DNA of 64,000 bases from Balanoglossus misakiensis (lineage: Eukaryota > Animalia > Hemichordata), in the NCBI GenBank assembly GCA_040954595.2, contig CM082584.2, forward strand, positions 6,204,110-6,268,109, in the 5' to 3' direction. A program made the position numbers and the translations under genes. Position 1 is the stretch's first letter. Each line of letters begins with the position of its first letter. Below are positions 52,151-64,000 of this stretch, piece after piece. The notes beneath the pieces are model-generated. The model saw only the letters and a list, made by a program, of their open reading frames with translations. It made no database searches and had not been told where the DNA came from.

Positions 52151-52348
52151 TGTGTTGTGTTGTGCCGTGTTGTGTTGTGTTGTGTTGTGTTGTGTTGTGT
52201 TGTGTTGTGTTGTGTTGTGTTGTGTTGTGTTGTGTTGTGTTGTGTTGTGTTGTGTTGTGTTGTGTTGTGTCGTGTCGGCTCGGGTCGGGTCGGGTCGTGT
52301 CGTGTCGCGTCGCGTCATGTTGTGTTGTGTTGTGTTGTGTTGTGTTGT
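52151..52348. repeat. (TGTGT)n pentamer microsatellite
   Basis: Direct reading, with CGTGT/CGGGT variants. Confidence 0.97.
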
Positions 52349-54612
52349 TCAGTTTATGTGAGTGCAGTGCAGCTCAAAGTGGCTTGCTGTAGTGCAGAGT
52401 GTGCATGTATGTAGTCTCTATGTACAGCATTACATTTACACATACAACCATGCACGTCCTGAAACCTGTACTAAATTCTATGAAATCCATGTGTGTCACG
52501 GTTAAAATCAATGCTGTGTATGATGTCATATAACGTGCCGTAAAACATAGTAGAAATTAAACCTTAGCTCAACAGCTTAAATTTTCACCGAACGAACGTT
52601 ATGTAGAGTGAGAACAGTATCGGTATTCGATGTTCATCGCCGTTTTTTCGAACGGCAAAATAGAGCACTTTGCTTCAAATCAGTGTGGTCGCCATATTCC
52701 CAAAATAACCGTCTGCTTTAAACGAGGTAACGTTATACGTTTAATGTGTACCATGAATCTCTTGTATGCCAAAGGAAAAAGTAACGTGATAACTACTGTG
52801 TTAACTGAGTTATACGACAATAAGTGGCGTATATGGTCGCAATCCACGCGTTGGATGACCGGTCAATTACGCCGTCTGGCGGCCATTAATGAGTCACGTG
52901 ACCCGACGCCCGTGCCAAGCTTTGCGCTCAGATCTGATGCCCTGCAGCAGATTGTAAATTTAGCTCGCCGTCGATTGAACAATAGACAGCGTGATTAAAC
53001 ACACTGGTATTGTCGGCGAGCAGAGAGCTCGTGCCTGGTGGCGATGATTATATTTTGAAAGCTATTATCTGCATCAGTTTAACTTTATAAATATCATAAA
53101 ATTATAATGACATGACATACATGAATTTCAGTTCAGGAAGCAAATGGACGGTACAGCCTACTGTCGTCATCTGGTTCTTCAAAGGTTACAAATGTACATA
53201 CATTTTGCACGTATTTCCCAGACTGTATCGACAATGTTGTCAGATGTTTTCATGCTGTGCCGCATGCTTGAAAAGAAATTACACGCAAATCGATGAAATT
53301 GAATATACAGAACGGAATTCCTTCAACGTGCGGGATATTATGTTTCCTTCATCGGGAATTGTCGACTCGGAACGGCAATTTATGTGTAATGAAGGCCAGT
53401 CTCATATACTTCGTCACGAACACTACAAAGCAGACGATTATTTCTTTCCCTACTGCGTATACATCCGGGATACTATGTACATCCACATATCTGCCGATAT
53501 TTCCGTCCTCAATTAATAGAATGTGTATACTGTTTCTCAGTATGCCGCACAGATGGAACTTTCAACCGATATTTGTGTTTGGTTGGTTGGTTGGTTGGTT
53601 GGTTGGCTGGCTGGTTGGATGGTTCGTTTAAACGCCGTACTTGATGTTTTCATTCAAAATGATGGTGCTCTTCGTCGATGATGCTGTATTGCCATGCCAA
53701 CCACGACTGCATATATTTGTAAACAATTTTTCAACCAATTGTAATTTTTTGCCGTACCTCATCCAGGACATGCGCTAGAACTGAGGAAGGGGGGGGGGTT
53801 GTTTTTCACTATTTCCAAGGGGTTGGAACTATTCTAAATGAAACACCTTTTATAGTGTAGGCCTAATATAATTTTATCGTCGCTGGAAAAAAAAAACAAT
53901 CACCTCGATGCGTTTTATGACAGTCTGGATGCTATTTATGTCTTAGGTACATTTGTTTACCGGGTGTTCTGACGTCACGATGGTATTAATAGACCCTAGA
54001 TGTCTACGGTATCCTCGAAATATAGGTCTATATGCCTTATTTTTATACGGGGGGGGGGGCTAAGTGTTAATTTGAATACATGTACATAAATGCATGAAAT
54101 CCAATTTGGGCCATCCCAAGCAGAGTGGGGTCTTAATATGGTCAAGTCAAGTATCGCACTCCCATAAGACCCCCTTCTGCTTGGGATGGCCCATTTTATT
54201 TTCGTGACCGAATGTTCTCGGAGCAAAGTGGCCGACCGTGAACGCACGGACGACAGCCTCCCATCCACGAATATCCACGGTGCCTTCGGGTCAACGATAG
54301 GTCAACGAGACTCCTACACTCCATTACCTCGCTATAAACCATTGCGGTTCATGCTGTAGACGTCCAACCATCCAACTAATGGCTTCTCAGCATCAGATTG
54401 TATCAGGCGAATCTGATCATCGCCGGACCACACAGTCCGCTGATGCGATTGACCTGCGGTATTACTCGTTAAGAAAAAAAAATGAAAGCAGATATGTCTA
54501 TAGTCTCTGGTTCACAATTTTAATATTAGCAATTCATGGAATTGTTTTGAATGGAATCTCGGTCTGCTACCTTTAACATGGTCACTCCGAGGCCGGGGTT
54601 CATGATTTATAC

Positions 54613-54640
54613 CATAGACCCTGGAGCGAAAGGGTCTATT
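54613..54640. mobile_element. 28-bp CATAGACCCT hairpin with 7-bp TSD
   Basis: tttatac|catagaccctggagcgaaagggtctatt|tttatac. Confidence 0.65.
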
Positions 54641-54867
54641 TTTATACCATGCAGCAGCATGGTGTCGTGTAGACGAGTATTTACATAAGCGCACCTTTGG
54701 CTGCAAATATAACTGCAACATGGTGGTCACGCCCCGATCACTCTACATTCGGGACGCTCCTAATTATACGCATGTTACACTGTATATACATACCACAAAG
54801 TATGTTTACAATGCGTTATCACTCTGGTCTTCCTTGCCTGATAATTTGAAGCATGTCCGTGAGCCTA

Positions 54868-55024
54868 TTAAAGGTATACAGTCACCTTTAATTTAAAATG
54901 GCGTGTATGAGAGCTCTGTAGAACATGTAGTGGCGCTCTTATTTTCACGTGGTAACCCACTGAAAATATGTGATTGGCGAGATCTCTAATTTCCGTGGTA
55001 ACCGTCGAAGTGACCGTATATACC
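54868..55024. mobile_element. Kolobok-like MITE family 2, decayed
   Basis: ttaaaggtatacagtcacc...cccactgaaaat.tgtgattgg...gtgaccgtata. Confidence 0.75.
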
Positions 55025-55908
55025 AGGCTTCAAACTGTGTAGACATGGGTTTTTATGTCTTTTTAGAATTGATTTATAACCATCCATGAGGGTGGCGCAA
55101 GCTATGCTTTGGTTGTTTATTGGTAGCATTCTATCAGTAGTAGTATAACAAAGAAAACCGTAATAACAATTTCAAATCGAATGTGGACTGCAGCCTACAT
55201 GCGCCGTATTAAACTTTGAACTCGGCGTTTAAAACGGCTTTCAACAACTTACCCTTTGAAAATACATTCACCACTAACAATGGCTATAATGACAGGACGG
55301 TCAATATGACCGTGGTTTGTACACTATCAACAATGCACACTGTTGGTTTAATACTGTGGCTACTCACCTCACTTCGGTGACACGACGTCGGTTATGCTAC
55401 ATTACGAGCCGGATACATGTATGTATTAAACCAGTGTTATTTGGACTCCACTGTCGATGTCGCGCAGGGTGTAAACGTCCTTTCCCTGGCTCAGCTGAGA
55501 GAGAACTCGCGCGACGCAATGTCTCCCTCGCGCGATCAGTCGAGAAGGTAAAACAACGTAATGCCGCCACCTCTGTGGAATTCTTGTCACTTCAGATCAA
55601 AGCTGACGTAGTTCGAAGGGAGAAATTAAGTCGCCTAGGAACTAGGAATTCTGGTCGTCGGTTTGGGAAAGTGACGTTGTATTCTATGCTCACCTGTGAC
55701 CCTGCTGTCACGTGCTCGGGTTCAAATTTGCATATAATAGGCCAATCGGCTTTGTGGTTCTGTTGCGTGATAAAGCACGGTCACTCCACGTGGAGTGACC
55801 GTGGTGAAAGCAATAATCAAGTGATTTGTGGATATGTTGACTCACGGTCACTTTACGAGTGACCGTGGTGGGCGACAGCGCTGCGTGATAAGGGGGTGTG
55901 TTTCAAAA

Positions 55909-55976
55909 TGGTGGTGGTGGTGGTGGTGGTGGTGGTGGTGGTGGTGGTGGTGGTGGTGGTGGTGGTGGTGGTGGTG
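55909..55976. repeat. (TGG)n trinucleotide repeat
   Basis: Direct reading. Confidence 0.97.
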
Positions 55977-56299
55977 CTGTCCAACAAAATTGTGGTCGTC
56001 TACACTCGTTCCGAAGGATTGGAAGATACCCCTTGTCCAACACACAAAAAACGACGATTCAAGGTGTAACGATCCTAGATCTGGATGATATAGATATTAT
56101 GCTAGTGAACACGTTGCATTTTGGCTGCGGTTCTCATTTATTTTCCAATAAAAAAGTATGAAAAAACAGTATAAGTGTTATAAAAGTAAAACATATTCAA
56201 TGCTATCAAGTACAGATATTCCCCTGCTTTAAGTGATCACAAGCTAAGATGGACTAAATGTAAAGTACTTGCTTGATAAGCCTTGAACGCCCTATGTCT

Positions 56300-56643
56300 T
56301 TAAAGGGACAAAGTCTCTCTCTCGCTGCCCTTTTTTCCATTAATTATGTTTGATACAAGACACTGTTTATGTTAATGTACATGTGGATATATAGTGAATC
56401 AATATATACTTCCATCCCACTTGTAGGATATGAGAGTAAAAACTCGTCCAAAATGAATAAATGGTAAAGAACGATTATTCATTTTGGCAATTTTTTCACT
56501 CTCCTATCTATAAGAGGGATGGAAGTTGTGTGTGGTTGAACGTTCATTCACTATATATCCACATGTAGAATAACAAACGGTGTCTTGTATCAAATATAAT
56601 TAATGGAAAAAAGGGCAGCGAGAGAGAGACTTTGTCCCTTTAA
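56300..56643. mobile_element. Kolobok-like MITE family 1, near full length
   Basis: TTAA-flanked, same TIRs as 8218-8573, opposite orientation. Confidence 0.88.
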
Positions 56644-57475
56644 CTATGCTTTAATACAGGGCATAAGCCAAGAGAAACACTTGCTAAAATAACATTGTTA
56701 CGCACTGCTACTATATACACGAGATCCAAACTTTTCAGTTTGGTTGCTGTAAATAGACATTTAATCACACTCTCAAAGAATTTTCATTTTTTTCCATACA
56801 AAACTTTATTAGCAGCTTAAAACTTATGATTTTAGGTATAGGTTTCTAAATCCGTTCTTTTAAGATGCAAAACAAACAAACAATACTACAAAATGTCGTG
56901 ATACAGAAAGTTCATAGAAAGGGTTTTCCTTTGTTATGCATACTTCTTTGGTTTAAAACATTTTGTTTGACTGAGAAGTATGTCAGTGGAAGGTTTTCAC
57001 GAACCTCACAAGCTAGTACATTAAAGGGAAGGGGTCGACGCGCCGCGTGGGTGTCCCCCTAGGTGAGAATATGTCCTCCCATACAAGCGCAAACCCCACT
57101 GCAGTCGCCACGACCTACCAGGATCTTCAGTTGCTGTCATGCCCACTCTTTGCTACGATTGGCTGCTTTGTTCACTCTAAGAATTATCCAAATTTCAGGG
57201 ATTTGTGGATGAATTGTAAATGTTTATCAACAAACAAACGCGGCGCGACGACCGCTTCCCTTTAAAGTATATTCTTTCTCGAAACATTTGCCCTAACCAA
57301 TACATTTACGTACCCCGTTTAAGTAACTTAGTTCGCCACTGCACTCAACCGAAATACGGCCGTCAGTTTGTTACCCTAAATCAGCAAGAAAGAACTACAT
57401 GTACAAATATGCAAATTACATGACCCAACACTCCGCGCTGATTGGTTGGGGCTCGGTGTTTCTGCCCCCGGGGAC

Positions 57476-59510
57476 TCATTTCCACCAGACCATGGAGACA
57501 ACATACAACAAAGAGATCATGGTTGCCAGCATTGGAGACTTCATGGTACCGGCAGAGGCGTCGCAGTAGATATTGCCATCCCTTAGTTGCTGCTCGGACT
57601 GCCTCAGCTGCTCAGCCGTGAAAATGGTGCACAGATTTCGTGAGTTGTCCACTTGGCATGTCACGACGTTGTTGTATTCCCTGAAAATAGCAAGATGTTG
57701 TTTTTTTTAATAAACTTGCAGGCGAATGGCCAAACTACGTCACAATATGGTGCAAATTAATACGTTTCGGCGTGTTTTACTTGGTTGTACATTTTGAGAT
57801 TGGTTTCCCGGGACTGTCAATAAAAAACCATGCGATTCTATTCTAGTGTTGGGATGGAGAGATAGCTACTCTGGCTATCCAATGACAAAAAAAAAACATA
57901 GTGAGGTTAAAGATTCCTACATGAATGTCAACTCATAGACTATTGTCAAGTTAAGCACTAGTTGTTCCTTCCCTGGGGTTGATTTTTTTTCGCTTCAGCT
58001 CGAGTAAAAAGTGTCAACAGTTTGCTCCAGTATTAACATGCCACTTGGTATGCGTTCAAAATTCACGGAAATGTCAAACATACTTTCAGATGATGGGAAA
58101 TGGAATGCGAGAAGGCAAACACAAATACAATTAGAAGAAATATAACCAATTTCCATGCTACTCTGTCGTACATAATAGATTTAGTGATTCCACACGACGG
58201 TAAGTTACACTTACCTGCACAGTCGCTCGTCAAGTGGGTCCTCCCGGAAGATCTCAAAGTAAGTGTTTGAACACATGCCCATTTCAGAGGCGTAGTTATC
58301 CTCACAGCCTTCAATTTGCCCGGCGGGAATGTTACCAACAGTCGGTAGCGTTGACCAGATGTCATCACAGAGGATCGACTCGTAAAGGTCAACTTTTGAC
58401 AAAGACGTTCCCATGAAGTTTTCCATTGTACGGACAACGTCTGGGTCCTGGTTCTCACGGCACGCATCAACCGCTGAGGCTATACAGTCGCGGGTGTTGT
58501 TCATTACGGCACTATATCAAGCAGACAGACGGAAATAATCATTCATGTGTGTTTCTATAATTGGTGCATCTGTTCGACGGTTGGCGTCCCAGATATCATT
58601 ATCAAATAACCTCTAAATGTTTATTACTGTCAAAAATGACATGCGTGGCGGTATTTGCCGCCATGTCTTACAACTAAAACTTCAGAACAGTGTGTGGTAA
58701 GCCCATTGTTTACCGTTTTTTCCTTACCTGCAATTGTGTTTACTTAGACGCAGTGTGCGAACCGCCGCCCTCATACAATCACCGAACACGCTGTTTATCC
58801 ATGACGGAACCTCTTGTGATGTCGTCGGGCATCCCGAAGGCTGTCCAAACCCGAAACCGAGTAGACAAGCTAATTGAAAAAAAATGTACTTTAATAGTTG
58901 CACGTTTTGGTGATTACGGTAGATGGGAGTCTTTTTACTCCGATACAGCCAACACTAAAATACATCGAATACTTTAAATGGCCGCGGCCATAATTGCTGT
59001 ACACACCCCCAAAAAAAGAACAAGCTCTAGGTCAGAGGGCAGGTCGGTTATGTCAAGGGTATCCCTCCTCCAGGTGTCATGTCAAGCGCCCTCATACAGA
59101 AACTACAATACAGTGTCTGTCACATTTCAGTGATTGTAGACGTGGATACATGATTGTATACGATTAGCCAAAACAATCTGCTTGTTATGCATGCGCTATT
59201 GGTATGATTTGTTTCTAACAGCCAGGTACGCTGGGCAAAACATTCTTATTTTCATCTTTTAGGCAATTGCTGTTGAAGGTATACTGTTTTTAGCTTGGGA
59301 CTAGTTGTCAAGTTCACTTGCTGGCTTTCGATTGATCATTTCCCGCCAAAAAACAGTACTCTCTCTCTTCTATGAGTGCACTTATGTCGTTCTTTAGAAT
59401 GGGAATGTTCATGATATTTTGTTTATATGCTCGGGGGAATGGACCGAGAGAACTTAGTGCCTACCTGTCAACAAGCTGACGACGAATACTCTGCAAGTCA
59501 TTGTTCTCAT
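57476..59510 (-). CDS. Predicted GPI-anchored protein 2 with two 6-Cys domains (229 aa), paralog of 25595-27646
   Basis: Exons 59510-59465, 58869-58728, 58511-58215, 57680-57476 (phases 1,2,2, as in the paralog). Shared motifs GDCMR.A.R.LRLS..NC, C.DNY..E...C, FR.DPLD..LC.E.N. Signal peptide and hydrophobic C-tail. Confidence 0.87.
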
Positions 59511-62500
59511 CAGTTGAGCGTGTGCACGTTCAATATTTCAGCTTCTCTGTCAGTGTATTCCACAACCCTGTAAATTTAAAGCATGATTGTTGCGATACGT
59601 GATAAGGTATAGGCTGCCTTCAGGGAACACATTCCCACTATAATGTAGGTATACAAGTTACATGTACGTACTGAATATGCCCATGTACTTGCGCTCGTGT
59701 CACAATATTGTTTGCAGGTATATGACCCTGTAGGAAGTTTCAACAAACTTTGTCATAATTGTAGACGCTTCATCGCTTTTGGTGCGGCGTTTCTGTGTAC
59801 ATGTATATGCCAATACACCCTCCTAAACCTAACACCTGTTACTCCAAATTTAGTTGAAATCTGATCAGTCGTTTTTGAGATAGCGATGACATAGACACAC
59901 AGAGACACACACACTCAACCCCACCCATATCCCCACACAAACACACACACACACTGGCAGACACGGGTACGACAGAAATTCCTTCTGTTTGCACGAGGGC
60001 TAAATGTACGCCGGATTTTAATCATGTAGTTAACTAGTACATCTGCGCCTGTGGATAATGATTATGAAAATTTAAACGTGAATTTTCTCAATTCTGTTTC
60101 CGAAACCCATGGCGACGGGGCCTATTTTGAATTTCAATTGGCGGCGAATTCACTAAGATTATTTCATCGTCTGTTTCGACATTTCTTTGAGCTGTGGCAT
60201 CGTGCTAAATATAATTGTTGGGATACATAATGAAAGCCATTATTGATGAGAAAATGCATTGTGTACCCCTGGGCTGCCTTTGCATACGGTTACTGAACGG
60301 GTCATTGTTTGCTCTATGGGCAGGCCAAACACAAAATGCGCAATGCTCGCGTGTTTGCCAGTCTTTCGTTTTGCCAAACCATATAAGGTACTTCGTGGAA
60401 GGAGTTCGTCAAAAGGACACTCGTGAATCACTGACTTGTTTATGTAAGGTACGATAGTGAATACAAACGCTGTATATATAGATGGATGGGGTCAACCATG
60501 CTTAAACACGTCCATTTATATTGAGATTTTTTTAATGACATAGGTCCGTCGAGTCCCACATATTGAGCGCATTTACAAAGACCCAGACAACCGCGTGTAC
60601 ATCTTATTAGGATGGGTCCCTGGGATCTTTTTGCTCGTTGCTATGGGCCTTTATAGGACATTACACCCCGATTTGGACTAAGCCGTTTTCAGAGTCTAAC
60701 AAGGGGCTGGTAACTAGTTGAAAATCTGCACCACTAAAACCACTAAAAAGACCACTAAAATGTTAAATAGCACTATCGCTGTCAACTTGGATATCCATAT
60801 TACGATATATTACGATCGTGGTCATTGGAGCTGAGCCAGTATTCTGGACTTGTTGTGTGGTTCGTTGTTTGAGGAAGAAATCAATGTAACACTTATTGCA
60901 ATTGGCTTAAAATATCGGGCCTCTCAAAACACTACCAATGGTGTCTCAGATGTTATAGAGTCTTTTAAATTTTGCAGGCATGACACAGGTCAGCGTCGAT
61001 CAAGATCCCCGATAGAGCCAAGCAGACAAGGCATTCATTCCACTCAGACTTCATGAAATGACGATTAGTCATGGAGTCAGTGGACCGGGGAAATAGTTGG
61101 CGGGGTGCGAAGATCTTGTTTGGTTCACCGAGGCAGGACAAAGTAGTTGCAAAATGTTAACTTCTTAAGAGATCGACCAAAATTCGAAATAAAAAATCGA
61201 GACATTGTATCATGAAACCAGCAACTCCTAGGATGCATAAACATGTACATGTATCATAAACAAAGTCAGTCAGTTTCCGCCAAGAAAAGTTGCACACGCC
61301 TCCATCCGCGTATTTTACCCACCAGGTGGTAATTTTCCACTTCTACGTTAGGTGACATTTAATTAGTTTTGCATATCGGGACAATAACATGTGTGTCCTT
61401 AAATGCGCGATCACCAAATTAAAAACGTTTGCGTTTACACTGATGATTAAGGTGGAGCATGCTTACCTGTCTGAGTGCTGGCGGAATCTGTAAAAAATAC
61501 CGCGTGAACAGTGGCTAAAAAGGGACCTCTCGCGAAGATAATTTATACTGAGTCAAAATTTGCATCAATCAATTGATTGGATTATGGAACATCTCAATTG
61601 GGCATCTCCAATCTAACAGGAATTAGGCGCATGCGCACATGTTCACGTATCGTCCTTGATGTTTCACACGATTCCAGGTAACAACAACTTCGCGGCCAAA
61701 CACTTTATTTCTCGGAATAATTTTTACCGAAAACTGGTTGCAGTCTTACCAAAGATGTGTTTTTATGCATTATTAAACTCTCCCAAGTGGATTTATTTCT
61801 GCCTGTGTTGTCAAACGGTCAGGCACTTTCACTTCAACACGTGTGGCCATGCACGCTGTGGCTTGAGTCGTGGACAATTTTCCCTTTCTTTCAGATTATG
61901 AGCGATGCTCCACACATTTAATTTAATTTTCAATCAATTGGTGATTTTCATGTATATAAGGTGGCAAAGACTCCAGATGGGTCTTCCCTCGGACATTACT
62001 AGGGTGCAGGCACACGGGCGCCGCGGTCGCAGAATTGAAGTAGCGATTGTCGCTCGACAAAGGGTTCACCTACAACTCAATACAGTTTATCTCTCAGACT
62101 CTGCTCTTGAACTGTGGTGGTGACTTATTACCCTACTAGTAAATTCCGAGCAAGGAAATAGATTTTCGAAAAATGTAAAATATCAATATAAGACATTTGG
62201 TGCTTTAAAGGGTGGATTTGCTTACCTGCTTCAGCTCAACGTGGGTTATCTCTGTTTGTCCGTTCCCTTGTAGAGAGTGACACGCCCGTGACTGTGCAAT
62301 ACCAAGAACTACACGCATGCGCAAAAACATTCGCACTAAAATTACTGGAAATTATAGTGAAAGTGTCTGTTGGAATTGTCAAAAGTCGCTCCATGTACTT
62401 CAGTGGATGTGGAAAACCTACTGAATGTTTTCTACTAGTACTTTTTATGGAGGACACTTCAACATTTTATTTTTCAAGCATCAGTTGGTCTTTTTTTTAA

Positions 62501-63390
62501 ATGGCGATGATTGTTTTCGGGTTTGCTTTTTATTACACTTCAACGTGCGTTGTTCAATTTGCGGTGCCATTTGCACATTTACGAAACACCTCCAAGTATA
62601 TTACCATTTGTGTGATTGGTTTGAACTTTATGCGGATGGCTACGAGTGGCTTGGGATCAAGTTTTGTCGTTTTGGGTTTTAAAATCTTAATCTACAATCT
62701 TCCTTAGAGGCTAGATTTAACCTTTGAAATCAGCGCTTAGTTGGCGCAGTGAGTCAACAGTGTGAACTCTACGCGTGCGCATATCCATTTTACATCAGCA
62801 CATATCCATTTTAGAAATTATCATTTTCAAAACACATTTTTCTTTCGTGCATGCATGAATTTAATATCCTATATGCTTAAATGGAATTTTGAAACTGGCA
62901 AGTAAACTAAAGACAAGTCAAACCAAACCAAACCAAACCAAAACGAAACGAACCATAATGGTGTACAACTATTATAAGAGTTTTCTAGCACATAGTCTAT
63001 AAGAGGTCTTTTATAGTATCTCCTTGCTCCTTAAGCCCGTTGCTGACGAAAAATACTTCAAGATTCATTTGATGAGGTTTCCCTCTCACCAAGTGATCTG
63101 CAGTGTGGGGCTGACCTCTTCGCTTACACTGCAACAGAGAGAAAGCTTAGTTAGTTTGACGTCACCGGAGGCGTATAGAGAGCAAAGAATTCCAATTTTG
63201 TCATTTTTCGGCGCCTGACAGTTTCAAAATTACATAGGTTTCGCTTCTGATAGTTTAATATGTATGACGTGACTCATTTCAACCTGGAACAAGGACGCGT
63301 TGGTGACTTAAGGATATTCTTCTATGTGAAAGGTCATGGAACATGTGTTCAAAGGTGTTCATTATAGGCAGGTTTCGAGATTAAGACAGG

Positions 63391-64000
63391 TTAATAAGCA
63401 TGACGTGATTCATTTCCACCTGTACCAAAGACTGTTTAAAAGACTTAATGGCAACTATCCTCCTGTTGTACAGGTTTCATGCAGTAAACAACAATAAAAG
63501 CTCCAACAAAACCATACACAATTTCAGTGATAACTTCGTTAGCTTATCATATATAGTTGTAATGCGCGGAGTATTATCCCTAGATCACTTACCGACATTT
63601 TCACAGTAAGTTCCAGTCCAGCCAAGCTCACAATTGCATGTAAACTGGTTGCAATCATGCACAAGACAACTGCCACTGTTAAGACAGGGGCCGAATTCGC
63701 ATGGGTTCGTATATAGATTGGCTGCATGGTCACGGGAAGATGACGACCGTTTGAAAGGAGATAAATATACCAGTAAGTGGCATGAATAGAAGACATTGAA
63801 ATTTGCGGATTTTGCAGTCATTGGATATGCGGTTTAACGTGAAATGTGCTAATAACTAAAATTATTATACATCTAGTGCCGAGAACAATAGATTTTGGCG
63901 TGCAATAAAAAGCCTTACGGAACGGTACGTACGGAACGCGCGTTAAATAAGTGTTAGGTTTCAAGGCGCCCCAACTCACCGTGTACAGGTATGCGTTGTT
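63391..64000 (-). CDS. 3' end of an EGF-like-domain gene (partial)
   Basis: Phase-1 exon 63721-63593 (NPCEFGPCLNSGSCLVHDCNQFTCNCELGWTGTYCE); upstream donor at 63980; putative last exon 63419-63391 (GGNESRHAY*). Confidence 0.72.

Noticed and set aside
52064-52414. CCVVL/HNTTQ-repeat ORFs
   Set aside because: Pentamer microsatellite read in several frames.
55317-55862. 181-aa plus-strand ORF
   Set aside because: TTG start, no motif, overlaps hairpin repeats.
55828-56161. Poly-His, poly-Gly and poly-Trp ORFs
   Set aside because: (TGG)n tract; no splice or domain support found.
61467-62457. Donor at ~62226 and 21-nt microexon at ~61467-61487
   Set aside because: Probably 5' UTR exons of GPI protein 2; no coding evidence, so not called.
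1-64000. CRISPR array, rRNA, tRNA or autonomous transposase/RT
   Set aside because: None recognised; the sequence is eukaryotic and its repeats are microsatellites, MITEs or local duplications.

Overview
AT-rich, intron-containing animal genomic DNA, most likely an invertebrate deuterostome such as a hemichordate (inference from gene families and repeats). I rebuilt gene models by hand from GT-AG boundaries and exon phases, since the ORF track misses most exons. Minus-strand genes, left to right: a DED + HEPN-like + NB-ARC/STAND NTPase gene running off the left edge; a 9-exon ST3Gal III-like sialyltransferase with a repeat-expanded stem; an SLC16/MCT transporter; three small secreted-protein genes sharing promoter, 5' exon and signal peptide; two paralogous GPI-anchor-like proteins with two 6-Cys domains; two CD225/dispanin genes; a type II membrane protein with two degenerate F-type-lectin domains; and the 3' end of an EGF-domain gene at the right edge. 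The one plus-strand gene is a CYP1-like P450 with an intronless CDS. The window also holds many MITEs and microsatellites. Best novelty candidates: (1) the secreted 6-Cys miniproteins plus GPI-anchored relatives with neuritin/DUF19-like Cys spacing, and (2) the DED-pseudoHEPN-NB-ARC receptor. No database searches were run; family assignments rest on remembered consensus motifs.
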